Part shown: positions 11,601 to 26,600 of the stretch, one piece after another
How the letters are laid out: each line of letters starts with the position of its first letter
How positions within the stretch are numbered: the stretch's first letter is position 1
NCBI GenBank assembly: GCA_000934665.2
Contig: KZ537994.1
Coordinates: 62,001 to 126,000 of the forward strand
Direction of reading: 5' to 3'
Origin: Catajapyx aquilonaris
Taxonomy: Eukaryota
Length of the DNA stretch: 64,000 bases
The notes under the pieces: model-generated
Told to the model about the DNA's origin: nothing
The model's database searches: none
The model's input: only the letters and a program-made list of their open reading frames with translations
Made by a program: the position numbers and the translations under genes

Positions 11601-14600
11601 ATGTTGTGCCTGTTGCTGTACTTGCTGCTGATGCTGCATTTGTGCATGCTGTGCCTGTAACTGTTGTTGTTGCTCCTGCTGCTGCTGTACTTGGGTGTGT
11701 TGCTGCTGTTGTGTTTGTTGCACCTGATGTGGCTGAGGCTGTTGCTGTAGTTGACATTGTGGCTGTGCCTGAGCCTGTTGCTGCAATTGTGGTGGTTGCT
11801 GTGTCTGAGGATGCTGTGGTGCTTGTGGTGGGTGTTGTGCTTGAGGCTGTTGCTGCACCTGTGGAGGCTGTTGCACTTGAGGCTGCTGTTGTACGTTTGG
11901 AACAACTGATGGTACGATCTGATGCTGCATTTGCTGTGGCTGTTGCTGTAGTTGTTGTGGTGGTGGTGGGAATTGTTGCTGTTGCTCTGGGATGGCATCA
12001 GTGGTGGCATCGATGTTCTGCAAGCATTCTGCTCCTACCTGTACACCCGAAGTAAAATTCTTAAGACAGATGGCCATACAACAACAGATACTTATAGCAG
12101 TGTAATTAGCGCAGTTATTAACCCATCAAGTGATGCAGATACTCTGTAGAAAGGATTTTAAATGATGGAACTTCTAATGCAGTGTTTCTCAGACAATTTT
12201 TGAGTACCACCTAAGTACACTGGGATAAAAGGTCCCACTGCCCTCTCAGTCACCTATCCCATAGGAACCTTTGTCAATGAACAATCCATTTTCCAGCAGT
12301 TGCAGCCCTCTTGGAGGGCCTTCTTGGCAAATTGTACTTTCAGAACCAATTCTCTAATAACTTGCAATATGTGAATCTATGAATATTTGGTCTACATTTA
12401 AGTTTTAACCAGTTTTAACTTTAATTTAAGTTCAATTGCATCATGGTACAAAACATCCTTTAATCCAGTTACAATGTCATTATGCAAAATATTCACTTAA
12501 ATTCATCATACCAGGCATAAAACAATTTCTCTCCATTCTACATCTACCTTCCCTGATTGGAACTTGCCTGTGTGGGGCCTGGCACAGGGACTGCCGCTCC
12601 TTTTTGTTGCAGTGACTGCATGTACTGATCATATGTTTGGGTGGCTTGTGGAGTGGCTGGGTGACTTCCCGACCCACCACTCTCCACTGTTACATCAGAA
12701 TGTTGAAATGTCAGCTGAAAAAGCTTCTGCTGCAGGTCTGCAATTGTATGGGGATGGCTGAAAATGAAAGAGAGAGTAGTCAATCTCAGGGAAGGAGAAA
12801 TGCAACCATGAAGGTAAAAACAAAACCACTTAAGACTGAGTGATGCATAATAAATGCCCAGACAATGCTAGGAATGACAAAGTATGGTAACATGTAGTGT
12901 AATACCATCTAGCATCTTCAACAGTACCTGTTGTCTCCTGTGCTATCAAATGAACTCTGCTGTGAAAGCCTGCTATGACTCTCTGCCGGCATGATGGTGC
13001 TGTCAGGTGTATTCTGCTGCGGGGTAGCGTAAGGGGTGCCTTGCTGGGGAGTTAAGTGCTGTGGAGTCGCATAGTGTGGAGTGGTTGATCCTTCACACTC
13101 TACCCTGTCTTCTGCAACACTGCCATTTGAAGTCGACGGGCAGATTGTCACATTTGTTTCGCTCTCCTGTCACAGAGATAATACCACAGTTACTTCACAG
13201 TGAACATTTTTCAACAAATATGACATCACATCACCTGCTTCATACTGTCTGTACTGTATCTGATAAGAAATTCTTCTTGCTTTTATAAGATAGTCACATT
13301 ATGAACAGAGGTCAATGTCCATAAAGATGTGCAACAAGGTCTAAATGTATGACTAGTCTGCGGTCACAATATTTACTCTGACATACTGCATTTTATAACC
13401 ATGTGGTTCATGTTGCAGAATGACGTAGTAGGAAAACTGGCAGCTTTGAAGACCCTAATTTGAATCCCAGCCCGTATGAAAAGGGATTTCTCATTTTGAG
13501 GAATTTTATAAAGTTCTCTTCATGATCGGTTGGGTTTTCTCTGGGTTCTCCCTCCAGTGCTGCTTCCATCCACAATTAAGTGATAATTTATACAGGGTGA
13601 AGGGAAACTCGCGGACAATCGCCAGGTAGACTGCTAGTACTCATATAACTAATATAGGGATGTGCAATTAGTTTTGGACGCAGTTGCATATTTAATGTCT
13701 ATGGCGCCGTCAACGTTTCGTGACGTCACATCTGTTCCCCCAGCTTAACAGAAGAAAAAGCCAGCTCGAGGGCCTCCGAACATTCCAGCCTTGAGTACGT
13801 AACAGATTGTCCATGTGCAGTAGGTGATCAAATCCTGTCATAGAACGAATCAGGGTGCAATACACGTGCATTTTGTCATTTTTACCTAATGTTTTACCAT
13901 CCAGCCCTCTACACGTTAAAGGCAGGTGCTGCACACATTAACTACGTAACTACACCCAAAACTAATTGCACATCCCTATATTTGTTTTGTGAGTACTATC
14001 AGGCTACCTGGCGATTGTCAGCGAGTTTCCCTTCACCCTGTATACTTGAGTGATCAAACCCAAATCCTGCATGCCAAAGGTGTCATTATTAAAGCCAGAA
14101 TTTTTAGGCAAATGCCTATTTAGTTCCTTTACAGTTGGGATGTTTTGTGAAGAGATCTATCCGTTTCATAAGTGCAGGATGTGGAAAATGTTAAGTTTTA
14201 TAGTGCCTAAAATTGCCTATTTCGTGGTTTTGGGAACAATTTGGCCTATTCAGGCTTTTTGCCCCTTTTCATGCCTATTTGGCCTTGTTTGGAATAGTTT
14301 TTGAACTTTTGGAAACAATTTCGGGACTTTCTGGGCCTATTCCAGACCATCAGAGGCATGTTTGTTTTTTTTGGAGTATTGTTTGTGTTCCTGGAAGGAC
14401 CACAACTGTTCAGAAGTAATACAAATCATGTTGCCATGACACATATGAGCCGGAAGGCAGTTCCAATCAGAGGAAAATATAGAAAAATATTTGGCAACAT
14501 ACTGCTGTGCAAGTGGAAACAGGCTGTAATGGTAGAGCAAGTGATATTTGTCTTCTGACCAAGTTTTGTGATTTTCTTCAGATTATTATCATTGTTATTC

Positions 14601-17600
14601 GGTTTTTGTTAAGGTGACCTTATATTTATACTTTAGGCCTATAAAATTTGTCTAGCTTATTAAAATTTTCTGTAGCATTATCCTTCACAATTTAGTAAAA
14701 TTTTGTGCCTACTTGAGGTTTCTATGTGCTTAAAAATCCGGACTTTAGTCATTATGTACCTTGTAAGTTTTCAAACTGATACCATATGGCAGATGTACCC
14801 TTTTTTCAAAGACCTAGAGTAAGTAATCAACTTTGGTCATGTGAATAAACTGGCTGGAAACTGTTATGCAACCTTTGTTGTACTACATGTTGCATATCCT
14901 GATGACATTTGCAGGTCATTTTTTCCATCAATTGTCCCCTCTGCCAACCTTTGCTCAACATTCCTTATCTGTGCGAGATAAAAACTGGACTTTTACTTTG
15001 ACAATAACTAAATTATGTGTTAACAGTAGGTGGCTATTCGAATATTTCACCAACTGTAAATAACAATGAAAACGGGTGCCAGGGTCAAGATTACTCTTAA
15101 TTATGCAAATTACTTCACACATAACCAATGTAAAAGTAAATACGCCATAAACGTGATACTAAGAAGACATTTACAAGCAGCCCAGACCCACCTGGCAATG
15201 GATTAGAATATATTGGTCGTAATGCAACTTGTATGGGTTCCAAAACAGAATGGCATTTATTTACCTCATCCAAATAACTCTCAGGGGCAGAAGTTTGAGC
15301 AAGGGGTTGAACTGTCTCCACCACAGGACTCACCAAAAACCTGGACACCTGGCGTGTTACCTGAAAGGGAAAGTGTAACATGCACCACACTCCATGGATA
15401 ATTGCTGCATGCGTCCATACTCCAGGCATCATTACAACAAACTTCCACTTATGTATGAATCCATGAGTGTACTCTACCTGCTCTGACAAATTAGTACTTG
15501 AAACTGGCTTAGACTTGTGAACAGGGCTGCTCTGCGCTGAAAGCGATGTAAAGTGGGAGAGGATGTCTTGCTCTGACTTGCACCCCAGGGACGAAACAGA
15601 CTCTTCCTTCTGAAACAAGACGAACACCAAGGACCAATTACAGAAAGCACTCACAATGGAAAAACAAAAAGGATAAGCATACCATTGAATTTGCAATCTG
15701 ACATGCGAAGCTAAGGATATGCCACTACATAACAAATGCATGTAACACAAAACAGAATGAGTTGGAAGCCACAACTAGACACTACTTCTTGTGCTATCTG
15801 TACATACATTGCACTAATTTCAGATCTGTAATAAGAAGCAGAGTGTACATAAAAGATACGAATTTTTCTTTATCCAAATACACAGGCTTTATATGGGAGT
15901 ACACTGGGACCAGCCTTTTGAGCTGGCTATAAACGAGGGTTGCTCATAGCCAAGGTTCTTATAACCAGAGTCGGCTGTACAAGGTGTATAAATGATAAAA
16001 TAAAAGCATGATAGTACAGGTGTAGGAAGTCATTCTGAATCAAAAAGTCCTCTGACTTTTGTCACAAAAAGTAAGGCTAAGTCGTTAAGGCACATGGGGC
16101 ACATGGAGGAAAATGCTTTAAATTGTATTTGATGAAAGCCTCACTGGCCAGGTTATAATATTCAAGGCCTCTGATTTAGTACTATACAAATTAAAATGAA
16201 CACAAAAAGAAGAATAAAAGTAAAGAATGCTTATCTCATCAGAGTTACATGATTGCAACACATTCTAAATCATTGCTACTTGCAGGGTTTTTTGTTAGTA
16301 TTTAAATCTAATACATATTTTTGAATATTCATCTGCTTGTTTGTACATTATCGATGCAAATCAATATAGGAGCACTCTAATATTGTCCACGGGAAATTCT
16401 GTCATCCTGAATGTCATAAACACATTGGATTTGACCTCTGAGGACTTTTCATCAGAGGAAATTTCAACTTAGAATGGCATCCTACACATATCGCATCACA
16501 CTTATAAAATATTTCATTACCTATACACCCTAAATGCACCCTAATACACCAATACCTACCAGTGGAGTATATTTCAGTACCATGAAATTCATACATAACA
16601 TCCTAATCCCATAGAATCTGCCTTGCATGATGCATCAGTTCATACACTCCAGTCATTATTATAGTCTCAGGGAATCAATACAAAGCAGAGACTAACTAGA
16701 CCTCGCCAGCAAAACAATCACCATTTCTTGAGCCACCCGCAGCAACATAACATAACAAGCTCCTCTTCAAACCTTCATTACCTCTGAAGCCATTTTGGGA
16801 TGACGGGTGAAGGAGAGAAGCGTGTGCATGATGTTCCTCACTTGGGAGGGTCAGACAATCTTGTCTTGTCAAAAAGATGCAGAAAGGAGTGTACCAGGTG
16901 GAGAGAGGGAAGAGGAGGAAGCAAGACGAAAGGAAGGTGCCAGGGCCATGGCAACTTACCGATCTGTGCCGCCTGCGAGCACGAGCAGAGCGCTTAAGTG
17001 AGCCATGTCTGGTCAGAGAGCCTTGTTTCACCTACAGTATGTGTTAGAGGAAGGTAAACACACCAGCAACAGAGAAGAGAAGACAAATGCATGACAACAA
17101 TGGGACTAAACATCACCAGTCACACATCAAGTCAGTCAATGCCCAAGCAACTACAGACTGCATTCTGAGCTACACTTCCAACAGACCAGCCATGAGAGAA
17201 GGTATGAATCACATTATTATACAAGTAGCCTACAATCTTTACACACATGTATAAGTATATCTCAACTTCTTTTTTTAAAATGTCCAAAACTGTTGCACAC
17301 TTCTAAGTCAATACAGCTTCCTAAATAAATATTTACAAAAGTATATAGCCTACCAATACCCTTCTGTTGAATATGGTATTGGCATACAAACCACTGCGGA
17401 GATATTTCTAGGTTGCACATAGGCAAGCAACTGGAAAAATTCTATGCACAATAGGGGGGCGAGTTCTCCTTATCAACAAAGACAAAAAGAAAAAAAAAAC
17501 AATGGCATTCCTCACAAAAATTGGCACCAAAAAAGAACTTTTAGAACTGCCTTGGCAGGTTCCCATGTTGCCACATTCCTGCATGTCAAAAGTAGGGTTT

Positions 17601-20600
17601 CAATTGCAATGATCTTAGTGAGGGGGTATCAACTTCTCATTGAAGTGTGCAATGGCAGTGAAATTACATGGGTTCGCTTACTGGAAGTTTCCAGGAAACT
17701 CTGAAGTCCATACAGGAAGCCATGCCATCCTCTCAGGAACTCACAAAGAACCCATGGAATACCACCCACGAGACACTTGGACTTTACGCAGCAGCCATTA
17801 CGTCCACAAAATTTTAATGCTTTCTCAAGGAGGCAACATCTAGTTTTCAATAATTTTCTACAGGAAAGACTATCAATGGTTTCTCTGTGGTTATATTCAC
17901 AAAATAGTATTGTCTAACTTCATTGATTTCCTTTCCATATCACCTGCCCTTGTACTGCAGTTATTATGACCACTTAATCTCTGGACTCCTACCAGTTTCT
18001 TATCATCACATCCACATTCTAGAAATGCAGGAGGGAAGGTGGAGGGGGGGCGGGGAGAGGGAGAGAGAACAAATTTCAAGTGTTCATCAGTTGTGATCAT
18101 ATTGTCTCTCATACTAGTTTGGATCAGTTTGTCTCAGACCTCTCCGACGGCACAGAGCAGAGAGCACTTATCAAGGACCACAAACAAAAAGATATCACTG
18201 TCAATTGAAAAGGAATGAGATTACATACGATGTCCAATCCAGGTTGCAGGAGAGGTTTGGGTGGGGTACCATCGGGACCAACAACACAACGGGAATGCCA
18301 TGTTTTCCAATTGTCATTGCTTTGTGTGGTTATCCCACCCCTACTTTTGCTGCTGCCTTGGAGCAGACACCTTACTCATGGTGTGCCAACTCCTTTTGTG
18401 TTGAAGGTTTTTCGTGGCCCTAAGCTACTTATTGTGAGCAGTTTCTTTGTAGTAGTTACTCTTATTGATTGCCCCAAAAGCATTAGCTGTTAATATTAGG
18501 CTGAAGTGAATCATCTATCAAAGCTCTGAATTACAATGAATTTCTGATGTGCTCAAGGCCATAATCCCAGAAGTGCAAAGTTCCAGGCTGAACCTGCTTC
18601 AGGAAAATGGGGATGTGGCACATTCGAAGTCATTTTAAAAATGCTGTGATACGTTCGATATGCTAACTGGCAACACTGTGCTGGCCATATCATCTCTCCT
18701 GCTTATGCAAATCCTGAACACAAAAGTTTACTGCATGTGGTGGTTTTCCAGAATTAAGGCCATTTTTAAAGCAATGTTTGCATACCTCCTTGGCAGTTAG
18801 GTGTGACAGGTTAGATTCGACCTTGCTTTTTTACTGTCAGTCCCATGCTTGAAGAATGAATGCATTACTACTGACTGTCACTCCAAGTAACTATGCCCAT
18901 TTTCATAAAAATATAGCGAGGTGGGTGACATTTTACATTTTTTAATGCCGATTAGTCCTGGAATTTCCCACACTTAATTTTCCTGTTTGGTGAATGACTG
19001 GTGGGAAAAGATGTTGATCAACACAATTAAAAGTAATTGATGCAAAACAATACTCTCAATAGAGTTTAAAACTGTCAATCCTAGAATAATGCAACAGTGA
19101 CAATAATGATCTGAGATCATTGACTTGACTGTCAAATAACCACAAAAACAAGATCAACTCTACAAAAATACAGGTATAAAGTTACCCTTTGCATTGAGTC
19201 CAGAGAAGAATCTCTATCATGAACCCGTCTCATGCTGCTGGGGCTCATCACTTGCTCCAAAGGATGCCTTGCAACTGGAAGGCGGTCAGGAAATTCCTTC
19301 ATCTGACACACGATGTCTTGGATTTGCTCTATAAACATCTCTGACTGGGTCTCGGACAGAAGATTCTCTTGCAGCTGCCAGCAAAAAACATACTATTTTT
19401 GAAGCACATCACTAAATGACATAGGGTATAATATTAGAAATGTAATTGCATATTAATTTACAAATGTTTCCAAGTGTATTCAGACACTTTTTCTGAACAC
19501 CTATGCATAACTGTAATTGTGTAATGGAAGGACAGTGTACTTCCACTACACAATTACAACCAAACGCTACAAAAATTTCACTCACCAGGTTTTTTGCTAT
19601 GTCTGAAGGAATCATGTCTTCTGAATCAAATTGGAAGGTGACAGTTTTCTGCTTCCCTGTGTCCAACTGACACTCCACAACGCTAGCATTCACACTGAGC
19701 ACTGACAGTTTTGGTCCTTTGTCAGCTGTTTTCCTTCTCTTACTTGCTTTCCTTTTTTCATTTTTACGGTCATTAGGATCCCCAAACTCTCCTGCTGAAT
19801 CTGTTACACACCTGTGGCAAAGACGGAAGTTTATCAGTACTTTCAAGTCTGCAATTCAGATCATTTGTAATTAATTGGCATTTCAAATCTTTACAACTTT
19901 ATTAAAATTGGATTGAAAAATGCGGAAAAATGTCCCTGTGTGCAGTTAATATGTGCTGCTTTGTGGCAGCACATATTCAACAGGGAATTCCCTGATGAAT
20001 GAAAAAGAATTTATTTTTCCAAGTATTTTCTAGTCTATGCTCATCATTCACATCCTGAAGTTTCTGGAGAAGCCAGATTCATGATGGGCACTGTTGCCTG
20101 AATGCACATGAGGAGAAACACAGCCTTCAAACATTAAGAGACATAGAGTTGCACATACCCCTCAGGAACTGCCAGGTTTGAATCAAGAGCGCCAGATGCT
20201 GCAGGAAGACCCTGGGTGGGGTCAGATGGAGGCTGAGGTCCTGCTGGTAAGTCCACAATCTCAGGCTGCTGCTTCTGATACTCCAAGGCAGAATCAATGT
20301 CTAAAGGCTTGAAAAACAAGAAAATACAAATTTTTAAACCTTTTATAATTTGCATCAGGCACTCCCCTAATTTTTCTAATGAAGATGAACTTTATGCACT
20401 GTCATTAGTCCTGCACAAGCTTGGATCCCCAGTATGACTAAAATCTTACAAATATAAGTGGTACACCTTTGCATAAATTTCTATAGCACTTTTATTCCCA
20501 AATGCTTGCTTTGAGCCATACCGTATAATTATTGTATTAGTTAAAATCCCCCCCCNCCCCCCTCTCTCTCTCTTTAGCAGGCTTGCTTCTCCACTTGTTA

Positions 20601-23600
20601 CATTAACTTATTTCCTTCCTTAATCATTACCAGATTTAAAAAGTACAATTTGGCAATAAATCATTTCCTAAAATATTCCCCACACTGCATCATCACATCA
20701 CAACGACGCAGATCTTTAGACATTACACTAGTACACCATGCCAATCTAATAACGTTTCAGACATCACATGGTTACCACATTTTGTTGAGCTCACTTGCTG
20801 CCAAACCTATCTTTTCATGTGTCTTGGTCATTCTCTATGCTCATACCTATTCTGGAGGCAACAAACTCATGGTGAATGATCTGGACTGTTTGGAGTTAGC
20901 TCAAAGACATTTCACTTGAACTACTGGAGAATGACGCATGGAAATGCCTGACTGCATATGGCTGCCTTATCATGGGCATTGCTCAGCCTTGAACAGTTCA
21001 AGTGGTGCATTTTTGAGCACCCAAACCTCTGTCCAGACCTCTCACTTGCTTAGTAATCTTCAAAAACAATTTGACATGTGAAAACCAAGGTGTGACCAAG
21101 GTATGATCAAAGTAAGGTTGGTGGCAAGATTAACAACATTCACTTATAAAATCACAGTACAAAAAATGCCTTTGATCCACACTGTGATGTGTCCATTTAT
21201 TCCAGTAGTATCCAAAGATCTGTGCCATCATGTGGCTATGAATCGTTTTGTTGATTTAAAAAATATACATACTGGCTAAACTGTACTTACTTTTGCAAAA
21301 TGAAAATTTTTAATTCCTATTTATGCTCAAGCACCCTTGAAGGGCCCAGTTTTTTTTCCAAACTACGTCAAATAACCCTAATTCCACTCCTGATATCATT
21401 AATTAATTATTTTAAGATGTATTCTCACATATGTAATGACATGAGTAATATTCTGATTGCAAATCACTCGATTTACCCAGCCATGCTCACCTCTTCAAGT
21501 GCTATAATTGGTTTCTGAGTTGTACACTATTCTACCTAAAATTAAAAATAATATAACATGTTCGTAGAATACTGCATTAAATTCCCTAAATGTGTCCCCC
21601 TAAAAGGGCCCTGCCCTATCACGGGGTTACATATATAAATAAATAAATAAAAATTCCCTAAATATGCATTCACACCCCCCCCCCCTGTTATGCATATTTC
21701 TGTTCAATTAGCACCTGTGAGAGTACACTTAACATGCATAAGGTGACCATATACCACTCAAAAATTCCTTTCTATAAATACTGTGTATCAAGCTGAAGCA
21801 CATGGACCATTCTCATCTATTTTTTTCTTCCACTCTAGTGAGCTAAATGAAAATCCATAATTCAATATAAGTTACAGTGTCACAATTGGGAAGCGACAAT
21901 CATAATATAGCCATTATCCTTTACAAATAAGAATACAGTGCATGTGTTTCAGTAACAACAAGACACCCTTCCATTCAACATGTTTGGGATAAACATGTGC
22001 AGGTTCTAACATATGCTTTAAAAATCTGGAGACCCTCTTTTAATACACTTGAGTAACGAGTAAAGATAAAAACCTTGGCTGATGAGCACACCTTTTGAAT
22101 AATTACTGATCTCAGATCCTTCATCTCACATGCCCTTGCTTGAAAGCAGCATGTAAACTGCCAATGTATTTCAAGTTGCAGCCCATATGCAAAACTCAAG
22201 TGACCCGAACAGAACAGTCGAGTATTACTAACACACATTTGCATTACCTAAACACTAAAGCCAACATACGTCAGGTATGAAAGGTGGCACAACACATAAG
22301 CTGATTATCCTACTAATCCCACCCTTTCAAAAACTGTTTTACTCGCAACAAACTTCACGTGTGTTGAAAAAATTAACTGCATCTCCTAACAATCAAGCAA
22401 AAAATTAAGCATACCAATTTCTCTTCAATGTATTGTTCATGTACATTAAGGCTCCAAGAATATCAACTGAAGATCTTGATTTTGCTGCATGCTCTTACCA
22501 CTAGCAAGTTCGATAATTAAAATTTAGAGTCTGTCTTCAAAGATTTACTTCTGATGCAAAGTAAACATCAATGCTCCAAATGTGGCTGGCAGATGGTGTG
22601 CGATAACAGGAGGCCATCTTACGTCAATGGCACACCTACAACTTCTTGGCAAGATGGAAAGTAAGTTGTAGAGTTGCAAAGACAAGGTGGTCTAAAAATT
22701 CTAGTTTAAAAAAATGTAGAGTAGGATGACTTCCATTGGTGGGAGACAAGTTCTCAAGTCTCTTCTGGCTTCCACTGTTGAAGATTGTTGCTAAAAGAGT
22801 GGATGCCTTTGACTCTGCACAATATCACATTGTTGCTGAACAGAAATCCAAATCATGCCTCTCTTAGAGCACTGATGTCAATATTTTAAGTAGTGACTCC
22901 TCTTTGAAAACACACACTTATTGCAACATTTAACATACTAAATTAAAATAAAACACTGAAATTTGCAAAAAAATATAAAAACCACTAGCGAAGCAACCTT
23001 CAACCTTTTTCTTGTTTCCAAACCATTTTGCTTCACGCAAACTGTGACAGAACCTGATACAATATTGCCCAGTGATTACACCCAATAATGGTATGGCACT
23101 CGGCACTAATTGAGGAGTGTGGTGGGAAAAGGCGATAACCCACAAAAGTATCATTTTTCAGGAGAGTGAATTGAAGTTTGCATTCTCTTCACAAATCATA
23201 GGGAATGCCGGTTTTTGCCTAGTTCGTGTTGCAGTCTCGTGCATGATACGTGAACTTGGAGTATACCAAACTGTTTGTCATGTCTTTTACATAGTTGCTA
23301 GGTGTTTAGGTCAAAAATGACAAAAATTAGTCCACCACACCCTTCAATAAATTACATGCATGTAGGGTACTTTTATAGCTGAACCATATATCTCTGCAAA
23401 TCTGTTACACACAGGTCTGCAGAACCATGGTTGAAGATTGCTGTCTTAGTTTGATGATTCCAAACTGGTGGTATACATGATTCATAAAGACAACATGCTC
23501 TCCAGATTTGCGCACACATTCTGACTTTGTGACATTATTTCTAAATACTTTTCCTGAACCTGCAAACCACAAGTTGTAAAAGCCAATACAGAAAGAATTA

Positions 23601-26600
23601 ATACTATATACTTGATTATGAGTGATAGTTGACCAATTAATGAGTACAGTTTTACATATTAAAATTCAGGCATATAAGTGGGACTATCATTATTGTTGCC
23701 ATGTCATTTCCAGTGATATGACTTAAACCCGTAAGGATTTGCACATGCACAGAAACTGGAAATAAATCTTTGTGAGACAAGGGCTAACCTTGGCAAGAAA
23801 CTGAGGAGTTGCATTTTTATCTTTAATTCAAAGGACCACTAGAGAACAGGTTCCATGACCCCCCACCTAATTCACATTAACCCTGACCAATAATGTGCAA
23901 TTTTTGACACTTCTTATGACTTGCCACCAGAGGGTCACTGAACCTAGAGCTAAATAACTGATTTTTTTGGCATTAGAAGTGCACTGACAATCTACAAGAA
24001 TAATTTCACAATTTACTAAAATTGCAACCTTTAAAATGAAAATAAACTCTGTCATTACATTGACAGCACCCTGCACCTATCTCGCAGCTAATAATTGTAC
24101 TTTTCCTATCTGTCATTAGGCCCATTTATATATTTCCCATCAGTGGATTAAGGTCGGCACAACCTGGTGACATGGGTCTCTTAATGTGTTAAGATCACAA
24201 TTTAGAGAATTTTATCAGTCAAAGCTAACAAACGATATATTACTCACAACTGTTAAGTCTCAAGTGTTTAAATTTTTAAAATGTGAACCATGACTCCTGT
24301 TATAATCCTCTTCAGGTGAAAAATGACCCAATGTGCAGCAACACTCACCTACACTTTTCCAAAACAGCAATTCAAATCGAGGTTGAATTTGGGTTCAACG
24401 GACAAATGCAGAAGTGTTATACCTACATCATTTTCACATTCCCCAATACAATTTAGTAACTGCACTGCTACAAGAACACTGGAACCCCATATCAATGGGC
24501 ATACTTAAAATATTCTCATACTTTGCCTCTGCTCTAAGCATGAATGAGTTTTATGTCCTCAGCACTTGGTAATGAAATGTTATTTAGTGTTGAAAGGTCC
24601 ATGATTGTGTTATGGATTGATCCACCTGCGCTGCCTCAGGAAAGTAGCTGTGATGCTAAAAAGTGAACAAGAGGAAAGTAGCATAAATAAATGAGATTCC
24701 TGCAGTCCACTTCAAAAAGTAAATCCCAGCCCACATATTTGGTAAGGCCATGGAACACTTGTAAAATTACACAGACAAGTGTCACAAGCTTAGTTGCAAG
24801 AGTTGGACAACACACTTCTAAGGAAGAGAAGTGCAAATACCGTAGTGTGAATGTGAAGTTTCCAAGTGCTTAGCCTTATTCCGTTTGCATGAATCTGTGG
24901 TTCAGGTCAGGACTTGAACATTTTCTCTGACAAACACATCCTACAGATTATGCTAAGCACTGCCAAATAAACCATGCATATATCGTGCCACCAAAATATG
25001 ACTGCAATAGGCATTAAAGGTGCACCAAACTGAAATGCCAAGACATACACCCCCAAATATTATTAGAAGTTACGAGACATCAACAGACTACTAGGTATTT
25101 CATGCCCAATGCAAGGTTGCCCCACACTGAGATGGAAGGAATGAGCAAACGGGAAAGAGAGACAGAAGAGAGAGGAAAAAAAGATAAGAACAGAAGGAAA
25201 CAAAGGAATATATTCTTGATTTTTTTCCCCCCCAGCATGTGAGTGATACCTGCAGCTTAAACTGGGCTAGTCTTGGTAACTTGCCCTGGTCAGGCAACCC
25301 AGCTGAGGTGGAGCTTTCCAAAAGTCCTGGGTCAGCCTGGCATGAATGCTCCACAGCAGCGTCTGAGACAGTAGATGTGGCGAAGATGGAGGAATCCGCC
25401 TGGCAACCCAAAGTAGGTGTGGGTTGCACAAGTGGAGCAGCAGTTGCAGCATCAGGTGGTAGAGCTTCAGGCCATGCTGGGGGAGCCAGGGTGGGGTCAG
25501 TGGTCTGCGGGGTAGGCAATTGAGGGGCACATTCTGAGTAGGCAACGCATGTGTCCTCCAGGAAAGGGGAAGTCTGGGTGGACTTGGGGGCACAGGAGAT
25601 GTCTGGCAGCAGAGACGTAGCTTCCATCTGGATCTTGCAGGTGTCGTCACTAGCAGGCTGAGCCAAGTTATAGGTGTGAGAAGAGTCTGGGGCCATGGCG
25701 AGAAGCGACGGGACAGTGGTTGCGGTAGTTGCAGTAGTAACTGTGGCAGTGGTGGTGGTGGCTGCTGTCACCACGACCACTGCCTCCAGCTGGTGGTGTG
25801 AGTTGTCATCAGCAGCAGCAGGGAGAGTGGCCACAAGAGGCAGGGGATTGGCAGCAAAGGATAGCACAGAGGCATGCAGCACATTCAAAGCCCCCTCCGA
25901 GCAGGTGGCAGCGGCACCAGCAGCAGCACTTACTTGCTGCTGCGGCGGCAGGGCCTCACAAGCAGGTCTCGTGGGGGCACTGTCCGGGACTTCTGGGTCT
26001 GCCTCATTGTGCGTTGGGGGGGTAGGAATCATGCCAGATTCCAGACTAGTTTCATCACGAGGGGTGGTGGGCATGTCCAGTGTTGTTGCATCAGCCATGA
26101 GAGGAGGGGGATCCGTAATGACAGTGGTGGAAGTGGAGAGAATTCCACAGTCAGGCGGGAGAAGCAGTGAAGCAGTGGGTGCATTTGGTGCTGGGAGAGC
26201 AGTGGGCACATTGGTTGCAGGAATGGCAGCAGGTGCCACAGGTGTAAAATCAGGAGGAGGTATGGGTGGGGCACACAAGTGATCAGCATTGAGGGGAGCA
26301 GGAGCCAGGGGTGTAGATGCCATGACAGGGACCATCATTGGAGTGGCTGCGGGTGGAGGTGGATTTCCTAGTGTTAGGGGTGCAGGAGGAGGTGCCAAGG
26401 AAGGGGTGGGGACTGGCAGCATTAAATGTGATACTGGCACTGAAGCTTGGGCAGTTGGAATGGTGGCTGAAACAGGCATGTTTGTTAGGAGAGGAGGTGG
26501 GGCTCCAACAGTCGGTGCTGGCCCCTGAAATGAAGTGCTTGTTTGATCCATTGCAGGGGTAACAGGATACTGGACAGGTGGTGGCATGGTATGTTCCAGC

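Noticed and set aside
10480..12055. Four additional long ORFs (425, 497, 509 and 368 aa) overlapping the poly-Q exon
   Set aside because: Expected by-product of CAG/CAA repeats lacking stops in other frames; only the Q frame splices in phase with flanking WNK exons.
16696..16959. Open frame continuing past WNK exon 17031-16960
   Set aside because: A strong TCG|gtaagt donor ends the exon and the continuation reads like intron sequence; not fully excluded as an alternative extension.
18229..18370. Possible extra WNK exon ending at a gtatgt donor
   Set aside because: No convincing in-phase acceptor; exons 19186>17031 already join into a coherent motif.
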